A stretch of DNA of 64,000 nucleotides from an uncultured Candidatus Rokubacteria bacterium. GTDB lineage: Bacteria; Methylomirabilota; Methylomirabilia; Rokubacteriales; CSP1-6. Under the pieces are notes generated by a model. The model ran no database searches, was not told where the DNA came from, and worked only from the letters and a program-made list of their open reading frames with translations. This document shows, in pieces, positions 19,668-33,283 of the stretch. The position numbers and the translations under genes are program-made. Every line of letters starts with the position of its first letter. The stretch's first letter is position 1. The stretch spans positions 128,001 to 192,000 of the forward strand of contig CAVXJS010000010.1 in assembly GCA_963762145.1 (NCBI GenBank), in the 5' to 3' direction.

Positions 19668-21735
19668 ATGAAGCTGACCCTCCAGCAGCTCGAAGCCCAC
19701 CTCTGGGGCGCGGCGAACATCCTGCGCGGCAAGACCGCCGGGCAGGACTACAAGAACTACATCCTGTCGCTGATGTTCTACAAGCGCCTCTGCGACCAGT
19801 GGGAGTACGAGGCCGACGACGCCATCGCCGAGCTGGAGCGGCAGCAGGGCCGCGCCTTCACCGAGAAGCAGAAGGCGGTCTTCCGCAAGCGCGGCGAGCA
19901 CCGCTTCAAGATCCCGGACGGCTCGCGCTGGGGCGACGTCAAGGCCGCGTCCACGAACATCGGCGAGGTGCTGACCAAGGCGATGCGCGCCGTGGCCGAC
20001 GCCAACGACGAGCTGCGCGGCGTCTTCACGGTGGACTGGAACCAGCCCGCGCCCGACGGCAGCGGGCAAGCCGCTGATCCCGAACGAGGTCGTCCACGCG
20101 CTCGTCCAGCACTTCGACGAGCACGACCTGTCGAACAAGAGCGTCCCGCCCGACGTCCTCGGCCGCGCCTACGAGTACCTCATCAAGCAGTTCGCCGACG
20201 ACGCCGGCGCGAAGGCCGGCGAGTTCTTCACGCCGCCCGAGGTCGTGGACACGCTCGTGCGCATCCTCGAGCCGCGCCCGGGCGACACGGTCTACGACCC
20301 GACCTCCGGCTCGCGGCGGCATGCTCGTGCACTCGGCCGACTACCTCCGCGAGCACGGCCACCACGCGACCAGCGCCCGCTACTTCGCGCAGGAGATGAA
20401 CTGGGGCAACGCCGCCATCGGCAAGATCAACTCCGTGCTGCACGGCCTCGAGGCCGACATCAAGGCCGGCGCGAGCACGATCACCGACCCGCAGTTCCTC
20501 GACGGACGGGCGGCGTCAGGAAGTTCTCGCTGGTGCTCGCCAATTTCCCGTTCTCCGACGAGTTCTGGTGGCTGAAGCCGGAGCAGCAGACGGACGACAA
20601 GAAGAAGAAGGACAAGCTCAAGAAGGAGATCTTCGGCAAGGAAGGCTTCAAGGATCCGTTCGGCCGCTTCGGCCGCGGCACCGGCTTCCAGGCGCCGCCC
20701 GCCGGCTACGGCGACTACGCTTTCATCCTGCACATCCTCGCCTCGCTCACCGACGACGGGCCGCGCCGGCGTCGTCTGCCCGCAGGGCGTGCTGTTCCGC
20801 GGCCAGCCCGAGGTCGAGGAGGAGACCGGCGAGTTCGACGACGACGGCAACCCGAAGATGAAGCGCCGCAAGGCCGACGACGAGCACCTGATCCGCAAGG
20901 CGCTGCTCGAATCGCGGCTGATCGACGCGGTGATCTCGCTGCCGCTCAACGTCTTCTACGGCGCCGGCGTGCCCGCCTGCCTGCTGATCCTGCGCAAGCA
21001 GCGCCCGGCCGAGCGCCGCGACCAGGTGCTGCTGATCTACGCCGCGCGCCACTACCGCGAGCTCTCCGCGCAGAACGAACTGCGCCCGCAGGACGTGATG
21101 CGGATGCTCGTCCACTACCACGCCTACGGCGACGCGCGAAGGTGCCGGGCCTCGTGGCGGAGCACGCGGGCGCATCGGGCAAGCAGATCGACGCGCGCAG
21201 AGAGAGGAGGAGGCCGGGCGCGGCTCGAAGCGGAGTACCAGCCTCAGGCGGACAAGGCTCGCGGATGCTCTGGACGCCGAGCTGGCCGAGCGCGCCACGG
21301 CGAGGAGCGGGCTGCCGGGACGAAGCAGGACGAGAAGCGAAGCTCGCAGGCCGCCGTCGCCAAGGCTGGAGAAGCAGCGCGAGAAGCTCGGCGGCGAAGA
21401 TCGCCGAACGCGACGAGCGCATCGCCGAGGCCCGGCGCCGCGCCGAGGACGACCGCAAGGACGTGGGCGCGGTGGGCGACGGAGCTGGATCCGCCCTCTA
21501 CGCCGACCCGGACGAGCTGCTCAAGCACGCCCGCGTCGTCGGCCTCGACGAGATCGAGGAGAACGAGTTCAACCTCAACATCCCGCGCTACGTGGACACT
21601 TACGAGCCCGAGCCGCGGGTGGAAGGGTCGAAGGACGCGCTGAAGGCGCTGCGCTGAGACGGAGGAGGAGGCCAGCGGCGGCGGAGGGCGGACTCGGTGG
21701 TCGCCTACTCCGGAGCGTCGGCTATGGAGACTGGA
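19668..21735 (+). CDS. hsdM: Type I R-M methyltransferase subunit (multiple frameshifts)
   Basis: LEAHLWGAANILRG, DVLGRAYEYLIKQFA, GEFFTP, YDPTSGS, VLANFPFS, PQGVLFRG, NLNIPRYVD spread over frames; end approximate. Confidence 0.9.
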
Positions 21736-23188
21736 CTGCTACCCAGCATGCAATCGTCGAGTCGGGGCCCAAGGGTCCGGTGAGCTGAAGCTGACGCCAT
21801 ACGGCGGTCTCGCCGTATCCGAAGGTGCAAGAAGGGCCGCGAGTACCCGTATCGCTGGAGATGGTCATCGCCATCGGCGAGAACGTCGCAGGCGATCCGG
21901 CAATTCGACATCGCCTCGCGTCACTTGACAGGCTCGGCGATCCTCGACGACGGTTACGGTGCCCAAGGTGACGGCCCTCTTCGCGCAAGATCAGTCCTGG
22001 TCCGCAGAACGGGAACGGTCGCGTCGGCGTCCGTGCGCATCCGCTCGGCGAAGATCGGACACCGGTGCCGACCGAGTTCATCGTGCTGTGGGCGGAGCCT
22101 GGCCGCGATTCGCGCGAAGATTGTGCACCACTTGGAACTGTGCTACGCACGCACGTTCGCGGTCGGCGGCTGCGCGGATCGGAAGGGTCCACCGGGCGCC
22201 GACGCGTACCACTTTCGACGCGGTAGACAGGCTCGTCACTTGGCGCAGCTTATGCCGTTTGCCGTTCCAGACGATGCCCCCGACCGAGCGAAGCCGCCAT
22301 CGCCCGCATCCTCGACGCCGTGGACACGGCGCTGGAGCGCACCCGCGCGGCGGTCGAGCGGCGCGCGGGAGCTGCGACGCAAGCATCCCTGCTGCACGAG
22401 CTTCTCGAGAAGAGGCCATCGAGCGCCGGCGGAAACGTACGGCGCGATGACACGCGTCCACCGCGTCACTGGTCAATTCGACGAGTCGATGACGTGGCAG
22501 ACGTCGGGTCCACCTGGGGACTCAGCACGCGTCGGCAAGAGACGTTCGACCGGCTCAAGTGGGTGGAACTTCCACGCGGATCTACGTGGCCGACGTCCAG
22601 GACGCGCTCTGCCTGCGAATCTCCGACGACCATCGAGACAACGCTAGACGCATGCAGACGATGCTACAAGAACTCCGGTTGGCAGGTGAGCGACGTGTTG
22701 CCGACGCGAAGGTCGGCGACCTGGACGATTTGCTCGGCGTCGGAGGTCACGATCTTCGACCGTCCCGGAGATTGGCCGATGCACTCTCGTGACCGAGCAA
22801 GCCGCCGAGATGACGTCCGCCCGAAGCGTCGGCCTGCTGGCTCCAGCGTACTTTGCGCTCGTCGTCGAGTCCGACTTGCAAGAGCTGCCTCTGGCTCAAC
22901 TCGGCGTATGCACCAAGCGCTTCTGGAACGCAACGCTGCGCGACAGCTCCGGTCGCAACACGAGCCATCAGAGGACGCTCACGCGCTTGACCGGTTCCCG
23001 GTTCCGCCCACGCGCAAGAGCAGGAACAGCAGTTACGCACACCGTGATGCGGGACAGACGTCAAAGGCCACCATCGCCGATGCTCGATGAACAAGGCAAG
23101 CGGAGCTCGAGGCGATCTTCAAGAAGTCCCTCATGCACGACCTCCTCACCGGCCGGGTCCGCGTGCGCGACGCGAAGGCGGCCGCGTC

Positions 23189-23192
<4 letters not shown>
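21724..23192 (+). CDS. hsdS: Type I R-M specificity subunit (heavily garbled)
   Basis: Conserved-region fragments AIARILDAVDTALERTR and KKSLMHDLLTGRVRV; lies between hsdM and hsdR with ATGA overlap at 23189-23192. Confidence 0.75.
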
Positions 23193-26367
<3,175 letters not shown>

Positions 26368-26371
<4 letters not shown>

Positions 26372-27126
26372 AGGCCAGCGACCCAACACCAGATCCGGCT
26401 CGGCGGCCGCCGCGTCGACTACCGGGTGGTGCGATCGACGGCCGCGCGCAAGCTGCGCGTCCGAGTCGGTCCGAACGGCGTCGAGGTGGTGCAGCCCGAC
26501 GCACGCGCAACGGCGAGGATGTGTCGGCGTTTCTGGATCGCAACGAGGCGTGGATTCTCGATCAGCTCCAGCGCGTCGAGCGACTGCGCGGCGTGCGACG
26601 GCCCGACGCAGCGTCGGGCCGGCGAGATTCTCTTCCGTGGCGAGCCGACGCGGGTCCGCGATCGAGACGACGAGCGACGCGCAGCGCGTGGCAACATCGG
26701 TCGACTTCATCGAACGGCGAGATCGTGGTTCGGCGCGGACACGGATCGCGAACGCCGGTGGCACGCAGCCTGGAGAACTGGCTGCGGAAGCAGGCGCGCG
26801 CGGAGATCGAGCGACAGCTTGCCGTCGATCACCGCGCGCCTCGGCAGAAGCCCCAGCCGGCGTCTACGTGATGGGGCAGCGCACCAAGTGGGGCAACTGC
26901 TCGGCGCGACGGAACCTATCGTTCAACTGGCGGCTTGATCCTCGCGCCGGAGTTCGTGCTCCGCTACCTCGTCACCCACGAGGCCGTCCATCTTGCGATT
27001 CCGGATCATTCGGCGAAGTTCTGGCTGACGGTGCAGAGCCTGTGCCGCGAGACGGAGAGAGCGAAGCAGTGGCTGTGCAGTCATCAAGCGCAGTTGACGG
27101 TCGACCTTTCGCGCGTCTTACGGTGA
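26368..27126 (+). CDS. YgjP-like M48 metallo-hydrolase associated with type I R-M (frameshifted)
   Basis: QRTKWGNCS, LSFNWRL, YLVTHEAVHL..DHSAKFW. Confidence 0.85.
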
Positions 27127-27179
27127 GCGCGTAGCTCAGTGTCAATATCTCCGCTTCCTTCGGGGACGTCGCGGGCGGG

Positions 27180-27368
27180 TGACGGCGAGATCGACCGGGC
27201 CATCGAGCACAGCACCGCTCCGTCGCGGTTCACCCCACGGAGAAGCCCCACACGTTCCTGGGCTGGTCCCTGAGCTTCCGGGGCCGACTGGGGGGTACGG
27301 CCGAGTGCCTCCGCGCGATCGAGATCGACCCCGACTTCGGCAACCCCTACAACGACATCGGGGTCTAG
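27180..27368 (+). pseudogene. TPR protein fragment
   Basis: Pieces GEIDRAIE, HTFLGWSLSFRGRL, AECLRAIEIDPDFGNPYNDIGV*. Confidence 0.7.
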
Positions 27369-27383
27369 CGGCACGCTGCTCGA

Positions 27384-27413
27384 TTGACAAGAAACCAAGG
27401 TGGAGTGTCCAAT
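27384..27413 (+). promoter_or_regulatory. Putative sigma70 promoter of the retron operon
   Basis: TTGACA-18 nt-TCCAAT, about 90 nt upstream of a GGAGGGAG RBS and ATG 27502. Confidence 0.4.
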
Positions 27414-27501
27414 GCTGCACTTTCGCTCTTCCGGTGGAGTTTAGAAAAGTGGGCCGTGAATAGCCGACGCTGTTTCGTTGGTAGGTTCGGTGGGAGGGAG
27501 A

Positions 27502-28743
27502 ATGGCCAGCCGCCGGTTGTCTGAGACGGATGCCGCTGTCGCATGGCTCCGCCAATCGAGCTGTCCGACCAGCCTATTGCTTCAACTTTGATCGATTCGA
27601 TCACGCTTGTGTCGCGGGACGAATTCTCTCACCGGCTGACGGATCTTTCATCCTCGGGAAAAAGGCAGCGAAGGTCGACAATCTAGTGGGACTCTACGCT
27701 GAACGGGAGATCCGAAAGCACCTGGGGAAGCCAAACCGTCTGCTTCATCAACAACTGGAAAGAACCGGCGCGCCTACGGTTCCGGCCCAACTCCAGTAAG
27801 ACCGACGCGAACAGTCCGGCCTGAGGTCGGTAGTGAGGGTCTTGTGGCTCAACTGATCACAGAACTCTGTCGTCTCGACCGCCAGAATTTAGAAGTCATC
27901 CGGGTCCTGCTGAGATTCGTAAAGAATCCGTGGGCGCATTCTTTCGTTGCCGATTTCATAGGCTCAGGGACCGGGCCTGCACATATCTGGAGGCAGCCTG
28001 GCGCGTACGCTCTGTTAAGAGTTGGCGTTCGCTTGGCCTAATGCGTTTTGAGGTAATCGCGTACGCTGCCCTCGACAAGGGGACGCAACGGTGCAACGAC
28101 ATCGAAGCAGACCTGAAGTGAATATCGTGACCCCTGTCCGACATTTCTGAGCATCTTCAGCGCCCTGATAGAGCCGCGGCAAGGTTGCTCTGCATTCGTT
28201 ACGACCCGCCGTCACGACTCAGTCGAGTCACTGGGCTATGGTGGAGGCGGCGCGTTAATCGCGTTCGCCCATGGCTGTCCGAACAACGCACCACGGATCC
28301 TCCATGTGAAGGGTCGCCGTGGACGCCACTCTTTCCATCGCGTGTAACCAACAGTGCGCGGGGGCTCTTCGGAGACAAGCGTGACACCGCGACTCTGGCG
28401 CATCGCTTGGCCCGCCTCGGTGAGACCAGGCTAGCTCGCGGCCCTCGGTTGCAGCGCGCTACCAAGGAGGGTCAACTCATGATGGCTTTCCTGGCCGCGG
28501 TTCGACGGGGACCCCGACGGAACGATACCATTGCAAGGCGAAGGGCCTCACTCTATCGGAAGTCAGAACATTGGTGGATCGGATCACGGCGTGGGGTTGG
28601 ATCGACACACGCCGACACCTGACGGATCAGGACACCGTCAGCTATCGGCATGCTCGTCGCGCAGCACGAGCCGTATCGACTTGCTCCAGAGCCGAGAAAG
28701 CCATACTATCCTGTCTTCGTTGAGGGCGCCACGTTCCTTCTAG
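27502..28743 (+). CDS. Retron effector: PRTase-like domain + winged HTH (many frameshifts, absent from ORF track as one gene)
   Basis: Joined fragments: AWLRQ, LIDSITLVSRDEF, VGLYAERE, EVGSEGLVAQLITELCR, DFIGSG, SVKSWRS, LGYGGGGALIAFAHGCPNNAPRIL, WTPLFPSR, GWIDTRRHLTD, YYP/SLRAP. Confidence 0.78.
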
Positions 28744-28919
28744 TTCTCGCCGGCTAAACGGTCGGCGGCGGCAGGTCCTTTGTTGGGCTTGCAGTGGGGC
28801 GCGGATTTCTGCGTTCCTTCGGACTAGCGGCTGCTTGAGGCTAAGGCTCGGCACACTCCGCTGGCGGCGGAGTCTTCTGGCTCAGCGCGCCGAGTCTCAC
28901 CCTGCGGGTGTCAAAGTAG
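28744..28919 (+). ncRNA. Candidate retron msr/msd RNA
   Basis: 176-nt gap directly upstream of RT with several hairpins and imperfect end-to-end complementarity. Confidence 0.55.
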
Positions 28920-30078
28920 ATGGAGCGTTGGCGTCCTCAGCACTACAAGCGGCGCGGAGACGAACTAGGTGTTGCTCCGCGATTCTCGGGAACGCGCTGG
29001 CGACAGCCGCGCAGACGGTCGCGATCGATCCGCGGCTACCCCCGGTGTTTACTTTGCGTCACCTCGCCTACCTCGCCGAGGCCGACTACACCCGCCTTCG
29101 GGCGGTCGCAGCCAGAGAGGCAGAAGACCCGTACACAGTGTTTCGCATCCGTAAGGCAAGGCAGGACGGTCCCACAGAGGAGTTCCGCATTATCTGTGTA
29201 CCCAAACCGTCACTGATGCAGGTCCAGCGTTGGATAGCTAAGGAAATCCTGTCCCGAGGGAGGCCGCACGCATCTAGCTTCGCGTATGCGGACGGTAGCC
29301 GCATCGTATCGGCGGCAGAGTTACATTGTGGCTCGCGCTGGCTCATCAAGCTCGACGTCCGGCGCTTCTTTGAGTCGATCTCAGAGATCGCTGTGTACCG
29401 GGTCTTCCGGAGTCTCGGTTATCAGCCACTCGTGTCATTCGAACTGGCGCGAATCTGCACGAGACTCAAGGTAACGAAATCGCGTGGGAAGCTGAAGCGC
29501 TGGCAGAGCGACGACGAGGAGTACGACGCAATACCATCTTATTCAAAGCCTTTCGTCGGGCACCTGCCTCAGGGTGCGCCAACGAGCCCAATGCTCTCTA
29601 ACCTCGCGATGCGGTCGTTTGACGAGGACGTGTCCGCCCTGGCAGGACGGCGGGCTCAGTGTATACGCGGTACGCGGACGATCTGTGCCTGTCAACCCGC
29701 AGTCAGCGTTTCACGCGAGACCAAGCCCGTGGCATTGTCAGGGAGGTCTATCGGGCCATGAGTCGAGTGGGGCTATCGCCGAACATCTCCAAGGCCCACA
29801 TCGCGCCCCCAGGTGCCCGAAAGGTGGTGCTCGGTCTCGTTGTGAACGACTCTCAGCCGCGCCTCACGCGAGAGTTCCGCAGCCGGCTCCGGCAGCACCT
29901 CTACTATCTATTGCGATCCGACATCGGGCCTGCACAGCACGCGGAGAATCGAAGGTTCGCGTCTGTTCAAGGCTTGCGCAACCATGTGACGGGGCTCATC
30001 GCTTTCGCTCGGCAAGTGGAGCCTGTGTTTGCGGAAGGATGTGAAGCGAACCTCGCAGCGGTTCGATGGCCGATTTAA
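28920..30078 (+). CDS. Retron-type reverse transcriptase (indels near 28980 and 29650)
   Basis: RIICVPKPSLMQVQRWI, AAELH (region X), KLDVRRFFESI, LPQGAPTSPMLSN, YTRYADD, VVLGLVVN (region Y). Confidence 0.92.
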
Positions 30079-30298
30079 TGAGCGCGCGCACTGGGTTCTG
30101 GGGCGTGCCGGCAGTTGCAGATGCAGGGGCATCGCGAGGGCCCGATAGATGCACCCGGAAGGGACGGGACCTCTGCGCCGGGTTACCAGATCGAGTCCAA
30201 TCTGGGCGGTGTTGGGAAACCCTAGACCAGATCGAGAGCCCATAAGCCGGGCCTTGGCACCAAGGTTCTCCGGCAGGATTGGAAAGATGCGAGGGTAG

Positions 30299-30526
30299 CT
30301 AGGAAGCCTTGAAAAGAGCCTTTTCCAGAGGTTTCGGGAGGTCGATCGCGATGAAGCGATCCGCGGAGTAACCGTAGTCCTCGCCACTCTCGTCCACGAT
30401 TCGGACATATCCGTGTCTAGCCGCTTCTGCGTCGGGGATCAGGCGATAGACCTTGCCTCTCTCGAGAGAAGCCTCGTAGCTTTTGTTCTTGATACAGACT
30501 GCAAAGCGAACAAGGGAGCTGAGCAT
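30299..30526 (-). CDS. Small conserved hypothetical protein (TA-neighbourhood type)
   Basis: FAVCIKNKSYEASLERGKVYRLIPD..RIVDESGEDYGY; TGATG overlap with upstream gene. Confidence 0.75.
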   Translation of the reverse strand: MLSSLVRFAVCIKNKSYEASLERGKVYRLIPDAEAARHGYVRIVDESGEDYGYSADRFIAIDLPKPLEKALFKAS

Positions 30527-30978
30527 CAAGCGAGGCGTCGGTACAACTCCTCGTTCTTCTTCAGGACTCGCTCGGCGGCAGCGGTGAATTCCCGGGCTGC
30601 CGAGTATGGGCGCGAGCCCTCGGACACAGAGGGAGGTCGGCCCCATCCCTGCGCCCGTAGCGCGGCTTCGACCTGGTTTCGGAGAGCCGGAAGGTCCCGG
30701 TCCACGACTTGCCAGACGATGTCGAGGTTCACGGCGAAGTAATCATGGACGAGGAAGTTCCGCAGCGCGACGATCGCCGGCCAGGGGATCTCGGGATGTT
30801 GGGTGCGGACCTCTTCCGAGAGACGTCGAGCCGCCTCGCCGATCAACTGCAGATGACGGAGAACCCAGATCTGGACGAGTTCGTCACGCTCGAAGGCTGC
30901 CCGCCCGCCTCCCGTGTGCCGATCGATCCGGTCGATGGCATCGAGAATATCGACCAGCCTCTGGCGATCATCCCTCAA
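30526..30978 (-). CDS. DUF86/HepT-like HEPN ribonuclease toxin with C-terminal extension
   Basis: LQLIGEAARRLS..HPEIPW..LRNFLVHDYF..IVW. Confidence 0.9.
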   Translation of the reverse strand: MRDDRQRLVDILDAIDRIDRHTGGGRAAFERDELVQIWVLRHLQLIGEAARRLSEEVRTQHPEIPWPAIVALRNFLVHDYFAVNLDIVWQVVDRDLPALRNQVEAALRAQGWGRPPSVSEGSRPYSAAREFTAAAERVLKKNEELYRRLA

Positions 30979-31265
30979 AGGGCTACCGCTTCGCGGAGGA
31001 TAGGCTCTTTGACATGAGGGCGGAGACCGTTCTCCGTCACGACGTCAACCCGGCGGTGCAGAAGATGCTCGAGGTCGACGAGGAGCTTGGCAAGATCGAG
31101 AAGGCTCCGGCCGCTTTCGAGGTCGACGAGGAAGTCCACGTCACTGTCCGGTCCGGCCTCCCCACGTACCACGGATCCGAAGACACGCACATTCGTCGCG
31201 CCATGGAGTGTCGCGATCGCGAGGATCTCGTCTCGATGAGCCTTTAGTACCGTGTCGATGCTCAT
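30975..31265 (-). CDS. Minimal nucleotidyltransferase antitoxin (MntA-like)
   Basis: VFGSVVRGEAGPDSDVDFLVD..RRVDVVT. Confidence 0.92.
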   Translation of the reverse strand: MSIDTVLKAHRDEILAIATLHGATNVRVFGSVVRGEAGPDSDVDFLVDLESGRSLLDLAKLLVDLEHLLHRRVDVVTENGLRPHVKEPILREAVAL

Positions 31266-31304
31266 GGCATATATCCTTCCCTAAGGCAGACAGGTGTCCG
31301 GGTC

Positions 31305-31889
31305 TCATGGCAGAAGGTCCGAGACGGGAATGGCGGAGTCAGGCAGCGCCAGGGGAGTTACCGAGTCGCCCCGGCGTAGCGTTGCCACCGAAGCGTAGCG
31401 CCACCCATAGGCCCCGTGCGGATCAGCCACCGGCTCTCGGTACACCTCCAGGACATTGTCGACCAGGTTGACGATCCAGTAGTCTGCCACTCCAGCCCGG
31501 GCGTAGAGACCGGCTTTCTCCCCGCGGTCCAGCGCGAGGCTCGCCAGGGCCACCTCCACCACGAGCTCGGGGCGGCTCGGGTGAGACGCAATGTAGTCGC
31601 GGGGGCCGCCGGGCACGACGGCGATGTCCGGCTCCGGCTCGGACTCCTCGTCCAAGGCGACCGGCAGCTGGGCCTCGATGTTCCAGTCGGGTCCGAACAC
31701 CGCGCGAAGCGCGCGGGCGACCAGGCGAATGCCGGTCGCATGCGGCCGTCCCTGCGGCTCGCGGACAACCAGCTGTCCGCCGAGCAGCTCCAGGCGCTCG
31801 TCGGGTGCGAAGGCGCCCAGGTCGATCAGGCGCTCGTACTCCAGGCGCGTCCAGCGCTTCGTACGGCCGGGCGACGTGGCGATCTCCAT
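31305..31889 (-). CDS. Uma2-family endonuclease
   Basis: WTRLEYERL, ERLELLGGQL, SEPEPDIAVV, LVVEVA, DRGEKAGLYARAGVADYWIVNL. Confidence 0.92.
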   Translation of the reverse strand: MEIATSPGRTKRWTRLEYERLIDLGAFAPDERLELLGGQLVVREPQGRPHATGIRLVARALRAVFGPDWNIEAQLPVALDEESEPEPDIAVVPGGPRDYIASHPSRPELVVEVALASLALDRGEKAGLYARAGVADYWIVNLVDNVLEVYREPVADPHGAYGWRYASVATLRRGDSVTPLALPDSAIPVSDLLP

Positions 31890-32469
31890 CACGGCAGAAG
31901 ATCGGCGACGGGGACCGCAACGGTCGGGGCGGAGAGCGGGCTCACTGTTTCTCCGGCCCTCAGCGTGATGGTCGCTCCGTAGCGATGGCCGTACCGCGCC
32001 TGCGGGGCGGCCACCGGCTCTCGGTAGACCTCCAGCACTTGCCCCCCGAGATTGAGGATCCAGTAGTCGGCGATCCCGGCCCGCGCATAGAGGCTGGCCT
32101 TCTCCCTCCGGTCGAACTCCAGGCTCGAGTCGGCCACCTCGACGATGAGGACAGGGTGCGACGGATGGACGCGGCTGTGGTCTCGTCGGCTGCCCGGGCA
32201 CGACCGCGATGTCGGGCTCCGGCTCGGAATCCTCGTCGAGCGCGATGGGACTGTGTGTCACTGAACCGTCCAGCCGGCGCCAAAGGCCTGGCGCAGCGCG
32301 TCCTCGGTGAGGCCGACAGCGGTGAATGGGGACCACCTTGAGGTTCGCGGACGAGCAGGGCGCCACCGACCAGCTCGAGGCGTTCGCCGGGACGGAAGGC
32401 GCCCAGGTCAATCAGCCGTTCGTACTCGAGCCGGGTCCAGTGTTTGGTGCGTACCGAGGAAACCGCCAT
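31889..32469 (-). CDS. Uma2-family endonuclease, tandem paralog (frameshifted)
   Basis: Same motifs spread over three frames; TGA overlaps the next ATG. Confidence 0.85.
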
Positions 32470-32501
32470 GCCCTCCAAGCTAGCCCTGCGGTGTCCACCC
32501 C

Positions 32502-32526
32502 GTCAACGTCCACCCGGCGATACGCC
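32502..32526 (-). repeat. Orphan copy of the integrase 3' end
   Basis: 19 bp identical to 33283-33301; encodes the same GVSPGGR* with two synonymous changes. Confidence 0.8.
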
Positions 32527-32556
32527 AGGTCGACGGATGCATGTATTGTCGGCGGC

Positions 32557-32979
32557 TCAGCTCGGCAGTGAGGCCAATGGCAGCACGTGTTGACGAAGGG
32601 GGCCTGACACGAGGGCCTCGAAGCGGCGATCTCCGGTGACGAGCTGGCAGCCCGAGAGAATCGCGAGGCTTAGGTAGCAGCCGTCGTAGACCGTACAGTC
32701 GAGCTGGAGTGCCAGCTCCAGAGCTGAGGACGCCAGCTCTCGGGTCGGGTAGGTCGTGAACGGAGCGCTCACGATTCCGTCCAGGGCTGCCCGAGCCTCG
32801 CTCATCGTGATCTGACGACGCCGAAGCTTCTGCCACAGTGCGTTGCCGGCTTCCAAGTAGACGAGATCTGGCACGATAAAGCGATGGTCGCTTTCCAGGA
32901 GGCGTACCGCCTGAGGGGTGAGGTCCTCCGGAACAAACCACTTGATCGGGACGTTCGCGTCGAGGACGTAGCGGCTCAT
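32557..32979 (-). CDS. VapC-family PIN toxin
   Basis: YVLDANVPIKWFVPE, EAGNALW, YDGCYLSLA, LVTGDRR. Confidence 0.9.
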   Translation of the reverse strand: MSRYVLDANVPIKWFVPEDLTPQAVRLLESDHRFIVPDLVYLEAGNALWQKLRRRQITMSEARAALDGIVSAPFTTYPTRELASSALELALQLDCTVYDGCYLSLAILSGCQLVTGDRRFEALVSGPLRQHVLPLASLPS

Positions 32980-33209
32980 CGCGAGCGGCGATCGGACGCG
33001 ATGAGCTCTGCACTGTCCGAGTGCGTACGCCTGGCCAGACTTTTCCGTAGTTTCGCGGCCAAGGTGCGGGTACCCGACCAATCGGTGTTCGCAGCTTCCT
33101 CCAGGATGCTCTTGAGCTCGGCCTGTAGGCTACGGTCGTTGCGACGGGCCCGGGCCCTGAGCCTCTCGAGGGTCGCCTGGGATAGATCCCGGATATGGAT
33201 GGCGGGCAT
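32976..33209 (-). CDS. FitA-like ribbon-helix-helix antitoxin
   Basis: MPAIHIRDL..LRARARRNDRSLQAELKSILEEAA..DSAELIASDR; ATGA overlap. Confidence 0.88.
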   Translation of the reverse strand: MPAIHIRDLSQATLERLRARARRNDRSLQAELKSILEEAANTDWSGTRTLAAKLRKSLARRTHSDSAELIASDRRSR

Positions 33210-33283
33210 GATTCGACGCGCCTCCTGGTTCGTGTGGTATCGAAATGCTACCACACAAGAGTGTGCCACGTGCACTCATCCTG

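Noticed and set aside
28920-30078. RT as group II intron or CRISPR-associated RT
   Set aside because: No maturase or endonuclease extension, intron ends or cas genes; region X/Y motifs and effector context fit a retron
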